Under the pieces are notes generated by a model that saw nothing but the letters and a program-made list of their open reading frames with translations, had not been told where the DNA came from and did no database searches. The translations under genes were made by a program, and so were the position numbers. This document shows, in pieces, positions 51,420 through 63,373 of a stretch of DNA of 64,000 nucleotides. Each line of letters begins with the position of its first letter. Positions within the stretch are counted from its first letter, which is position 1. The DNA comes from Parasitella parasitica NRRL 2501 (taxonomy: Eukaryota; Fungi; Mucoromycota): contig MU619321.1 in NCBI GenBank assembly GCA_025201805.1, positions 84,044 through 148,043 of the forward strand, given 5' to 3'.

Positions 51420-52244
51420 ATATGTGTGAGGAGTAAATTCAAGAAAGAAAAAGGAGGGATGAACTTACAACATTCAGTGATGTATTATTTTGAATTTGAA
51501 AAATTAGGCTCAATACAAAATCTCAAGTGCATTACGATCAACACAGTGGATACTCGGAAAAAAAAAAGAGTATAGTGTATAAAGTTTAACTAACTATACA
51601 AACTTTATTAACATTTTCTAAAATGGCCAGTATTTCTGTCCTGACTGCTCATATTAATGTTAGAAGTGTGAGATTTATAGTATGAGATATATAAATGTGG
51701 GTTGAATAAAAGTAGTGAGCACCAGCTCCTGTTTTGAAAGTAGAACGACGTTGCATAAAGAAGAAAAGATAAGTAAAATAATAAAAGAGAATACAATGGA
51801 TTCAAGAGCCAAGGGAGTAATTCAAAGAGCTTCAGAGACAAAAAAGCAAAGCAACAGTAAGCAAGCAGAGACAATTACCAAAAAAGCAGACAAAACATTT
51901 CCGGGTTGTAAAAAAAAAGGATGCTTTAAATGGCTTTTTGTTTAGCATCTCTGTTGGAGATGCTCTAATAAAAAGGCATAACCTCTAACTAATATCTTCA
52001 CAGACTAATAAGCGATCAAAGCACAACCTTCATCCAAAATCTACTTTTTTTAAAGCCTTTTACAATATATGCTTTATGCACCTCTGATCATTCTGTCATT
52101 AAATTGTTTAGAACGAATATAGAAGTAGGCATGGCAAAAGAGCTTGGCATTTAAAGGATGAAAGACTTAATGTGACTGGGTGAAATCTACTGATCACGTC
52201 GGTAAAAGGTCAAATTCTTTTCCTTCTGTTCTTCTTAATATAAG

Positions 52245-53139
52245 ATGGTTCAATCAAGCATCGTTGTTCCTACTACGGGACAGAAGCGTTCAAACGACGA
52301 TGTACCAGAAGGTATTCATTCCACTGAGGAGGTAAAAATCTAGCCAGACTCAGTGATAAATCTTACTCAACTATTTTTGTTGTTATTTGCTAGGTAAAGC
52401 GACCTCGCATTCAAGAAAGCGAAGCAGGGCAAAAACGTAATAAGCGATTGTTTGGTACATTGCTCGGCACATTGAACAAATTCAAGGATGAAACTGAAAA
52501 GAACAGTGAAATAGTAACGGTTTTTTTTTTTTTTCGCCCTTCAACATTAACACATATGTGTAGGATAAAAATCGACAAGCCATCAATGAAAAGTTACATG
52601 AAAAATTGGAACGCGAGAGAGCACAGCTTCAAGAGAAAATGAGAGAACGCAAGGAATTAAAAATCAAATTGGCAGAAGAAAAATTAGAAAAAGAAAGGCA
52701 GCTATGGCAAGAGAAGGCAGTATGTCATGTCGTCTATCCACTGTAATAAATGTCTTGACATTGTGTATTTTTATAGGAGCGATCAAAATTACAAAAAGAT
52801 GAAATATTAGCCAACTTTTTAAAAACCAAGAGTCTGCCTATTTTGTATTATTTACCCCAAAAATTAACACATGCTATGCAAGAAAAGATAAATCAACAAA
52901 AAGATGAAACATTGGAAGCGAAGAGAAGCTTTGAGAGTCAAAGTAGTAGTGATGATCGTCTATCAGATCATGAAGAAGAGGAAAAATTAGAAAGGAATGC
53001 TAATGATGAGGACCGTCTATCAGATCACGAAGAGCAAGACAAAAATGCTTCAGAAAAAGACAATTTAGACCAGCAAACCGGAACAAAAGCAGAAGCAGAA
53101 GCAGAAACAGATACGAAAACCGAAGCATTAAAGGAATAA
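52245..53139 (+). CDS. Pinin/SDK/memA-family protein (multi-exon)
   Basis: KRNKRLFGTLLGTLNKFK and LANFLKTKSLPILYYLP motifs; acidic tail with a duplicated DRLSDHEE. Confidence 0.82.
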
Positions 53140-53259
53140 AGTTGCTTTTTTTTTTTTTGGTTTATTAATGTGTATTGTATTTTATTTGGAGAGAGAGAAA
53201 GGGGAAAATGTGCAAAAAGTAGACGTTTGTGTACATTATACATGTATATAAGGAGGGTA

Positions 53260-55258
53260 TTAATCATGATTATTACTGCTATTAGTCTCTACAAGCAAAC
53301 CTAGTAGCTTTTTATGGCCAGGGCCATTCAAATTTTCGAGTTCTGCACAGACTTTATCAGAAAGTTGTTTCTTTTGTTCTTCTGAAACTACAGGACAATC
53401 AATCAACTTCTGGATAAATCCTAAACCACGCACTTGATCAGACAAGATATCAATCAACGCATCTCCTTGTGGGTCTAATAGCTGCTGTATGACGCTTTGC
53501 TGTGCCTGCGTTTCTGATGTTTGATTGACAAGCTTGTAAATAATTTGCGATCCAAGTTTATGGATGCACAGTTGTGATAAATGAGGCAACAGCCTAGTAG
53601 CAATGCTTTGTATACGATGATTGATATCTGTTGACTCTATCAACCACGACAAGAGCAATGCACCGTTGGTGTTGGTGGATAGAGCCACTGCGTTTTGAAC
53701 TAGTGCTGAAGCAACAAAATTTTTTTGGTCATCGGTTACAAACTCACTCTCCAAAATACCACGCATGGATCGAGCACCAAATCTACCTTGCGCAATATTC
53801 ATCAGCTTCTCTACTATGGAATCAAAAATGAACTGTGTCTTGTCCGACCCTAACCGAAGGCAGCATTGTACAGCATAGTTGCCAAACTGATCCAGCAACA
53901 AAGGAGGAATGTAAGGTTTGAGGTATTGACTGATAAGTTGGATTTGTTCAGGTGTCTTTGCCAGGTCGATAATCTTTTGCGTGGCCCAGGTACCGTTTTT
54001 ATGGACACTAATAGCAGCTAAATGTGGGGCAATGCGTTCGAGCATTCTAGTTTTGGTTTCTTCTTTACACTTTTCAAAAAGACGTTGAACCACAGTATTG
54101 CCAATATAATCTGCTTGCAGTTAGCACACGCTTGCAAGCTGAGACAAACCAACTTACCACTGCTAATCTCTGCAATGTCTTCGAGACACTCAAGTGCTAC
54201 TACCTCGGCTTCTTGCTGGGTGTCTGTTGCGCTATCCATACGCTTGCGCATCTCACGAAGACGAGGTGCGTCAAACTTGCGATTGGATCCCAGCTCAGGG
54301 ACGGCTGGTATGGAGTCAAAATAAACACTGGAAAGTTTCAAGTCTGTACAGTCTATTTAGCATGCAAACACAAAGACTCTTTCCCTTTTCACTGCTTACC
54401 TTTAACAAAGTCTTTGGCGACGGCCTCATTTACATTGAACTGACACATGATGCCAAATAAATCGTTTTGCCAAGCTTTCGTAGCATCTTGCATTAAATGG
54501 GAGCCCTGATCAGCTGATTTTTGGCCATTTACTGCATCTTTTGTCGTGGCAGCTGCAGCCTGACTACTGTAGTGATGTGCATCTTCCATTTCAGGTCTTG
54601 ATGTGGCATTGGTGGTAGTAGCTGTGGTGGTAGTAGCAGCGGGGACTGTGGCACTGCTAGGGGGAGGGATCTTCGCAAACCCCACACGAGCCCCTGTAAA
54701 CCCTTGGGCGCCAATTTCATTTGCCATCAATGCATCTCTTGCTTTGACTGCACTGCTTACAGACTCAAAGTTGATGAAGCCGCAATTTTTGTGTGATAAA
54801 ACACGAACAGACTCAACTTCGCCAAACACTGCGAATATACCTTGAAGTGAAGTTGGCGTGGTATTGCCTGGAATATTGCCCAGCCCTATTTCAAAGAAGT
54901 TACATATTAGTCAAAACAGTCTGTTTTTGGGTGAGAGGAATGAACTTACATAGAGCTCGAGTGGGCTGTAAGACGTTGGTTTCTGTCACAGCAGCATCTG
55001 CTTTTCCGTAACCAATGCGCACAATGCATTGTCCAATGCGTCCTCCCATACGCCCCAGCACCTCTTCTTTGGCTCGAATAGCGTCTTCGATTTGAAAGAA
55101 GTTGACAAAACCACACTCTTTTTCAACAAGCAGACGCACACTTTCAATAGCTCCAAAGCTGGAGAATACCTGGGTAAGGAGATCAATGGTAATGGTGTTG
55201 TCGATATTGCCAACCCAAAGAGACCGAGTCGCCGTTTGTTGTTGATGTTGCTGATTTT

Positions 55259-55317
<59 letters not shown>

Positions 55318-56388
55318 TGCTGTTGCTGCTGCTGCTGCTGGGTGAGCTGAGAAGCATCGTTGGAAAACGAAGTTGGCGTGGATTGACTATAATGCATATA
55401 CGGCTTCTATATATTTTCAAGTTAATATGTAGCGCAACAATCAATATTTTATGTATATTACAGTTTCCTCGTCATAGTTCTCCTCTTCTTTACCAAGGAT
55501 ATTGGCGAGTAATTCAGAATCACCCAGAGATAATGGCTGCTGATTACTGCTCGTAGTGCTGCTTGTCTCATAATCTTCTTCCCGCATTGAAACCAAAGGC
55601 GAGCCTCCGCGGTTATTCCAAAATCCCATGGGAGGATTTAAATAGTCTGCTCGTCCCATACTTGAAGCTCTTGGCCTTTGTTGTCTCTTGAAGCCTTCTA
55701 GAGCGGTCGGAATTATACAAGGCTGTTCTTCCTCATACTGAGCAGTTGCATTTACAGAGTACGATCTATTTCTATTGCTGCCTGACAAGAGCGATCTACT
55801 AGGCATAAGAAACTCGGGTGGTGTCTGTTGATGAAATAGGCCCATCATTGGCTCCTTTTTTTGCTCTTCTTCGTCCAGGCCAAGCGAACGCATGGTACGA
55901 GCAATAGAGAAATCGTTGTCGTTCTGGATGAGTTGCTCAGAAGAGGGAGAAAGAGGTCCATCCCGGCTGTTGAGCCAATAGCTGTCAACCGGTGGCAAAT
56001 TAAGTGAGCCTGACCGATGGCGTCCTGCTTCAATCGTTGTCAACAAGAGAGCCGCAGGTGGACTGGGCGTAGAGTTGTTAGGTGTTGGCATATCTGGGTG
56101 AATAAACGAAGGCATTGTGCCTGCACGAGGACGTCTTACAACAGGTGTGTCTGTAGTAGAGTACGATGTCGAGTAGCTAGGGAATGTTAGATACTGTTGC
56201 TGTTGCGACTGAGATGACGGTTGATGCATCATATGATGATGACGATGATGATCATTTTCCAAAATCATATCGAGGTCTCTATGCTTACGTTGTTAGCATC
56301 TGTCCAAGATAGTACTCGCATTTGAAACAAACCTAGTTGATGATGATGAATAAACAGACCCCGACATTTGTCTTAAAGGGCTTGTCAT
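53260..56388 (-). CDS. Jsn1/Puf2-type RNA-binding protein (two RRMs plus Pumilio repeats, polyQ)
   Basis: RPRAGTMPS; TRSLWVGNI..FGAIESVRLL..KECGFVNF; second RRM FGEVESVRVLSHKNCGFINF; DAPRLREMRKR; HKNGTWATQKII, DQFGNYAVQCCL, QGRFGARSMRGILE. Confidence 0.9.
55257..55340 (-). repeat. Coding CAG/CAA microsatellite (28 Gln)
   Basis: (CTG/TTG)n on the + strand inside the Puf gene exon. Confidence 0.95.
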
Positions 56389-57011
56389 TGTTATGCTTGC
56401 TTTGATGAAAATGAAAAAAAGAAAGAAAGAAATGGTCCAAGAGGAAAAAGGAGAGCCTTATTTATATGATGAAGGGGCCAACAAGAATACGAAAAAGAAA
56501 AGCGGAGAAAACTGAATTTGAGGGAGGGAACTGTGAGCTCTGTTACACCATTCAGACAAATTAGCATCCCAATTTAAATTCGATTGTATTAGTAGAGTGA
56601 TTAGCAGGCTTTTTCTTTATGTTTATGAAATAGGAGTTTTTCTCGAATTTCCTTGTGGTTCGGTTTAAATTAGAATGGAGAAAAAGTTTATTGTAGCCAA
56701 AGAATTCGAAGCCGTATTTATTCCGGGAAGACATCTGCAAAAGCTGGTTTCAGCGAAATGAAAGCTAATCAAAAAGTAAAGGCAATTTCATTGTGCTACT
56801 GCCAGCATAATAGAATGTTGGTGTTTTGGGATGGAAAATCCTTGAAAGATCGTCTACTAGACAAAAAACCCATAACAAACAATGGTGATGATGATTGGGG
56901 AGATATTGAGCTGGCTAATTCAAGATCCTTCGTTTTCTTCGTATAAACCACTGTCATGGCTGGCTATCTGCTATACCCTTTTCTTTTTTTTTTTTTCTCA
57001 TTTTTGATAAA

Positions 57012-58230
57012 ATGCTCGATTACTTACAAACAAAAGCTGCGCGCGATGCTTTTATTAATCAATACGACAACTTTTTATTTGATTGTGATGGTCTGTCATG
57101 CATGTCAATTATCTGGAGTAATAAATTTACATGGCTTTTCTATTCTAGGTGTCCTATGGGAAGGTACTCACATGTTTGATGGCGTTCCTGAAGCAATGAA
57201 ATTGCTGCGCTCAAAAGGTATGTTTGCTATGCGCGTTGTATAGCTCGTTGACGAACAATTTTTAATAGGAAAGCGTGTATTCTTTGTCACCAACAACAGT
57301 ACAAAATCTCGTGAGTCTTTTCTACAAAAATTCAAGGACTTCAAGGTCAAAGCAACCAAGGTACGCGCCAAATGATAGCACAATATGCTATATACTTACA
57401 CACTTTTAGGAAGAAGTTTTCAGTTCAGCTTTTGCTACGGCATCATACCTTAAGCATGTCCTAAAGTTTCCCGAGGATAAAAAGGTCTACGTTATTGGTA
57501 TGGCTGGCATTAAGGATGAACTAGCTGCGGAAGGTATTCAGAGCTGTGGGGGTGGAGATGACACTGGCTTAACTGACAATGATGCTGTCCCTGATGACAA
57601 GGAAGTGGGCGCCGTTGTCATTGGTCTTGACACTCAAGTTAATTACAAGAAATATGCTAAGGCATTCACCTATCTAACTAGAAATAAAGGCTGCCATTTC
57701 ATTGTCACTAATGAGGATTCCACTTATCCTCAGCACGGAGGGTTTTACCCTGGTAAGAATCGTGTTGATGAGCGCTAAATTATCTAACGAAATGCTTGCT
57801 GTAGGCGCTGGATCAATCGCAGCTCCTATAATCACTGCTCTTGGTAGACGCCCTGATGCTATTTTAGGTAAACCTGCTCAAAACATGTTGGAAGCCATTT
57901 TTGCCGAGTAAGTTCTTGGATTTATAATTTTAAATTAATGCAAAATTTCATATCAAAATATTAGATTCCACCTTGATCCCAAGAAAACTGTCATGATTGG
58001 TGATAGACTAAATACTGATATCGAGTTTGGTTTAAATGGTGGTCTTGACACATTGTGTGTGCTAACAGGTAAATAAGACTATGTGTTTGTGTTTGTGTGT
58101 GTGTGGCTCGTTTTCTCCAAACTAATGTATTCACATAGGTGTCACCACAAAAGATGAGTTATTGAGTCCTTCCAACAAGGTTAAATCTACTTATTATATG
58201 GATAGTTTCGGTGATTTCTCTAAAAGCTAG
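57012..58230 (+). CDS. PHO13: HAD-superfamily IIA phosphatase (4-nitrophenylphosphatase/phosphoglycolate phosphatase, Pho13-like)
   Basis: FLFDCDG|[42 protein letters not shown]; six introns. Confidence 0.9.
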
Positions 58231-58407
58231 ACTTAACATATAATTAGATGACAATAAAATACAAACATATAAAACATCTCGGCTACCTTACTATCAAAAT
58301 CACAACAACATAATATAGATTTTTTTGGACCTCCGTTACGAGGTTATATAAAGGTTCTCTTTGTTTTGCCCCCCCTTTTCTTTCTTTTATCTAATTTTCA
58401 AATAAAA

Positions 58408-59155
58408 ATGAGCACAGTATGTACTTAAAAAACCATCGTAGTGTAGTCTTATTAACTCTTCTACTCTATAGCCTAGTCAAGAACAACTCGATGGTATAGT
58501 ATATTTATTGTATCCTTCTTGTTAATATTATTATATAAATAATAACAATAAAAAAAGAATGGAAGGAGGCCTTTTCTTTGTACGATAAGAAGGGAAACAG
58601 CACTGTGCCTTCTACCCACCTTGGTGATATCTTACGAGGTCTTGGTCAAACCCCTACTCAAGCTGAGGTTAACGAACTTGTCAAGGACACTGCCAGAAGC
58701 AAGAAACTCCCAGAAAATCAAGGTAGGTTTACTTTTCGCCATATAAATACTACATTTCATGACTAAGATTATAAATAGAATATGATATTGATTTTGGTAC
58801 CTTTTTGAGTCTTCTCACGCGACCTGAAGGTTTCAAGCCTGCAGGCTCCTCTCAAGAATTTATTCAAGGCTTTCAAGTTTTCGATAAGGAAGGCGATGGT
58901 TATATAAATGTTACCGAATTGCGTTATAGTAAGTCTTTTTGCTTTTGACTCCATCAAACTCATAATTTATCACTTAGTTTTGATGAACCTTGGTGAAAAA
59001 TTGTCAGAAGAGGAAGTTAATGAACTTTTGAACGAGTGTAATGTCGAAAATGGCCGTATTGAATACGCTAGTAAGTTATCATTATAGGAGAAGGATGCAA
59101 TTTATCAATTACTTTCAATATTCTAGACTTTGTTACAAAGATTTTGTCGGCCTAA
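58408..59155 (+). CDS. Myosin light chain (Mlc1/Cdc4-like EF-hand protein)
   Basis: Spliced KEAFSLYDKKG..LGDILRGLGQTPTQAEV..EFIQGFQVFDKEGDGYI..ELRY|ILMNLGEKLSEEEV..FVTKILSA*. Confidence 0.88.
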
Positions 59156-59469
59156 AGTTTTTCGTAAATTTTTCATACAATACAATCTATACCGTTTTAT
59201 TTACTAAATGTGTTTGTCTCTAAACAACCATTTTTCATCTCCATTTTTATAAAATGATTAACATGGTGTTTCCTATAACTTTCGCTGACATAAATATTCT
59301 AAAAGAAAAAAAAAAAAACTAATCAGGCACGGTTGCCTATAGCAACGAAATGCCCAACGAATTTTTTGGAATTCTCCAATGACAACTCGCCAACTTCATT
59401 TTTATTCTTCCTTTCTTTTTTTTTCTCTTTCTTCAAACATATAAATACTTTATACGCGTTAGGTTTAAC

Positions 59470-60173
59470 ATGACAAAACACTCTTTATTTTGTTTACTTG
59501 TGTCTATTTTAATCACGTTCTTGTTCGGTCCTCAAGGCTCAGATGCAACAGCTTTAACATACAATATTGCAGCAAACGAGAATGCTTGCTTTTACATTTG
59601 GGCCGACAAACCTGGCAAAAAACTCGGTTTTTATTTTGCTGTAAGTGCTGTGCAGATTATTCAAAATACAATGTGCTCAATAGACCGTAGGTTCAACAAG
59701 GTGGCTCTTTCGATATTGACTATGATGTAAAAGGGCCTGATGGTGTATCCATTTTAAACGGAGAACACGAGCGTCAAGGTGATTTCGTATTTACTGCCAA
59801 TGCTGTAGGAGAGTATTCCTTTTGTTTTTCCAACGATATGTCGACATTTGCTGAAAAACTGGTTGACTTTGAGGTTACTGTCGAGAACGAAGTGCGTCCC
59901 AACTTTCAAAAAGATGCATCTGGAAAAGAACAACCTGCTACCCTTAGCGAAATGGAGGAATCATTGTTTCGTTTATCGGGATCATTGACAAATATTGCTC
60001 GTACACAAAAGTATTTCCGTACAAGAGAGAATCGTAATTCTGCTACTGTCACTTCAACTGAAAGCAGAATATTTTGGTTTGCATTTATGGAAAGTCTTGC
60101 TATTATCTCTATGGCATGTTTGCAAGTGTTCGTTGTAAAGAACTTTTTCAATGTCAAGAAGGGTGGTGTCTAA
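59470..60173 (+). CDS. p24 (emp24/gp25L) family COPII cargo receptor
   Basis: Signal peptide, GOLD domain (ACFY...FYFAV|QQGGSFDIDY...GEYSFCFSNDMSTFAEKLVDF), coiled coil, TM helix, FF..KKGGV tail. Confidence 0.92.
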
Positions 60174-61255
60174 ATAGGTAAAATAGTTGCGAACAACAAT
60201 AAATTCGAAGTGTAATTACAGTGTTTAGTTTAAATTGAGAAGTTCTGATTTCCTGTCGCAATAAGTGAGATGAATAGGAGCCACTTTTCTATACGCCATA
60301 ACTATTGCTTTGTAGACCACATAGTCCATGAGTTTTTCAAGTGTCATAAGCCTTATTAATAGATTGATACTACAGTTTGAATGTGGCATGTCGGTCAATA
60401 TATCGCAAATGAGCTTAGAAAACCGGGTTGTATTATATATGTTCTGTAAGTCGTCTATCGCTATAATTAACACTGAATTATAATAGACGCGCTGATATTA
60501 AAACATCATTTGAAGCTAAAAAATTCGAGAAAACAAGCCAAGGTAAGGTCAAAATTACAGGTGACAAGCAGATCATGGATGGGCCCCTTCTTAAAATTAC
60601 AGCCAACAAGGTCATGGTGGCCTCAACTTTGATCGTATTGCTGGACTTACAGGAGGTGATGCCACTAAACACAATGTAGTTACATTCCGTTGCGCGTATT
60701 ACCAATTTAAGCCCGAATTTCGTATCTTGATTAAGTGCAACATCCATCCTGTGGATGTACACTTTACGCCTACTTTAGATGCTCGCCGTGGGCTCCAAAC
60801 CATTGTAGGTCCTAGTGCATGTATAATCTTTTCTAGAGAAAGTTAACATCTCTTCGACTTCAAAATCAAGGACGTTTGGGGAAATATCATGAACAGTGCA
60901 TTCTGGGGTGTCATGGTTCAAGTTTTTGAAAAAGGCGGCATAGCTGCGAGCGATTTCATTATGGAAACAAACGTGATGGACGTTTTGATATTAAACGTGA
61001 GAAATGCTTCTAGTCCTGTCTGCACAACGTCGGTTGCAATTGGTTAAATGGTGGCTGATCGTGCTGAACAGAATTGGGGTTGGAAAGATTAAGTTGAATA
61101 GAGTATTTATTAAAATAAATCATTAGATTGATATATGAATTAAAATCTTTGGAGCTTTGAAATGAATTAGATAGTTAAAAGTTATGTGTATGAGGCAAAA
61201 GGGAGAAATAAATATATACTATATATACAGAATGATGAAGTTACTATATGATGGG

Positions 61256-63205
61256 TTAAACAGGTGCTGTTGCAGAGTTTGGGTCTCGAGGTGAATTCGC
61301 ATTGCTGTTACTACTACCGCTACCTTGTCGGCGTAATTTCTCCATGAACCCAATGACTCGGGCCATATCAAGGTCAGGCGGATCGCTTTCAATGGCTAGT
61401 GTCAGCGGCTTTATTAGCTTATCCACTCTTTCAATCGGCACACCACAGCTGGCTGCAATTAGGCGCCTATATTCCATTTCCTTTTCATTCGCTCTTGCTT
61501 TCTCCGCTGCTAATTCGGCTTGCAGTTTCTCGATCGTTTGGTTGCCTAACACTACCTGGTTTTGAAGCGCCTTGACTTTCTTTTCCAATTTACGCTCTCT
61601 GAAAGACTTGTCACTGGTATCATCAGTGATATCTATGCTTTCTTGTTGCTCAATGCGTAAATCACCAATGGTATTTTCATCATAGGCTACTTTGTCTTCC
61701 AGTTGATGTATCTTCTTTCTGGCTTCTGCTAATTGCATTGATACTGGTAACTCGAGTCGCCTATGAGCTTCTCTTAATTCGTACTTGATCATGCCGATTT
61801 CTTTTTTAAGCTCATAGGCTTCTGCATCTCGTCTTTTAAGCTTATCTTTGTAATCTTCCTCAAGTTTATCAATCATGTATTGAAGAGCTGCATTGCATTC
61901 AGTCTAGTTTCTTTGATTTGTTTTTGTCGATAATTAAACAACTTACAGTTCATAATATCCTTTCCTTTCGGATTAGACTCATACTCTATGGGCTCGAAAT
62001 ACACTTCTTTGTCTTCGTCTATTCCTGTCATCAAAGGATCCAGTGCTCCATGTTTGATTAGAATATCTACAATATCTTGGCATTCAACTCTGAGCGCAAT
62101 TGCTAAAGCCGATTCATAATAGTGTGTATCTCGAATATTGAGGATATTCTTCAAAATACTTTTCCTGGGCACGCCTTTGACTAATCGCTTCATGTAATAA
62201 ATGGCTGCATCTGTATAACCCTCCACTGCAGCTGTAAGAGCAATATGGTGCAAGATTGTTCTGCCACGTTGATCGGTTACAGGGATTGCATCGATCATGA
62301 TCTCTACAATTTCTGCAAAATTCTTGTTTTCATAGCAACATGTAATCATGGCTGCACGCATTAATGGTGTTTCGCCCTTGTAATTTACTCGGCAAACATT
62401 GGCGCCATGCTCAATCAACAAGGAAACAATATGTAATCTTCCCAATGCAGCAGCCCAATGAAGCGCTGTATGACCTTGCTCATCTATGACTAGATCAATA
62501 TTCATATCTTTGGTCAACAAAGCTGGTAACGATGGTGTTGCATTGGGATCGTCAGAAAGGAATAAATTCATCAGCAAGCTTCGGTGGTGCTCATAAAATG
62601 CATCGTCCGTCAAGACAGGTTCTGGTGAGACGCCCATAAGCCTCATTTTTTTCCGATTTTGTACGGATGATGATTGCTTTCTTTTATTGTTGCTTGTTGT
62701 GGTTGTTGCTGATGGTGGCGGCGGTAGTGACAGTGGCGTCATAGTTGGTGAAATAGATGCTCTAACTGTCTCTTTTTTAGCTTGTAACTGAGCCTCCTCT
62801 TTTGTTGGTATTTCTTCAGATGAAGAGAGTTGTGATGGATCAAAATTGAGTAAAGGCATCATTCGATCGAGAACTTCATATTTTTCAGCCAATTCTTTTC
62901 CTTTTTCAAAGGGTATCCTAGACAAGGTTCCAATTAGAGTGAAGACGTTAATGTCGCCGTTAGCCAGCTTACCATGTGCCCTGGTATTTGCCATAACCTC
63001 CTTGAACTTTTTCGTGCTCTCCTATTAGAACTTCTCTTTCTAAAATTTTGGATCGTCTGGTCTTTTCAAATCCTGCCACTTTTAAAATCTGTGTTGCATT
63101 CAAATAAGAATCTTCTCCTCGAACCATAGTGGCAATACCATGAATCATCATTTCATAAACTTGAACACCAGAGTATACTGCAGAGTACACTTTCCCAGCT
63201 GACAT
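61256..63205 (-). CDS. APSES/KilA-N plus ankyrin G1/S transcription factor (Mbp1/Swi4/Res1-2 family)
   Basis: [40 protein letters not shown]; [32 protein letters not shown]; coiled coil and [10 protein letters not shown]. Confidence 0.92.
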
Positions 63206-63318
63206 TTCAGTTATCGATTATACGCACAAAAAGAAAATGATGTGGTTTGCGAAATAAAAGCAGAAGAAATAGCAAAAAGGGGGGTTTATTAATCAAGCAG
63301 TAGGAATTTAATTAGAAC

Positions 63319-63373
63319 TTCGCGTGTTGTTTTCTTATTGAAGTTGAAATACCGTGAGAGAGAAGACACGCGT
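63319..63373. promoter_or_regulatory. MCB-like cell-cycle boxes upstream of the Mbp1/Res-like gene
   Basis: ACGCGT at 63368-63373 and TTCGCGT (ACGCGAA on the - strand) at 63319-63325, about 115-170 bp upstream of the ATG in AT-rich DNA. Confidence 0.5.

Larger units (their letters stand above)
49837..51965 (-). mobile_element. Non-autonomous DNA transposon with PIF/Harbinger-type ends carrying a Fanzor (TnpB-family) gene
   Basis: TIRs GAGCATCTCTAACGGAGATGCTAA (49837-49860) and TTAGCATCTCTGTTGGAGATGCTC (51942-51965), 22/24 identical as inverted repeats. TAA flanks both ends (49834-49836, 51966-51968). No DDE transposase ORF inside. Confidence 0.88.

Noticed and set aside
51608-51945. Short ORFs in the 5' part of the Fanzor element as a possible transposase or Myb protein
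   Set aside because: No DDE or Myb/SANT motifs; low-complexity AAGCA-rich subterminal DNA.
54986-55556. Poly-Leu and poly-Ser ORFs overlapping the Puf gene
   Set aside because: Alternative-frame and antisense readings of the CAG repeat.
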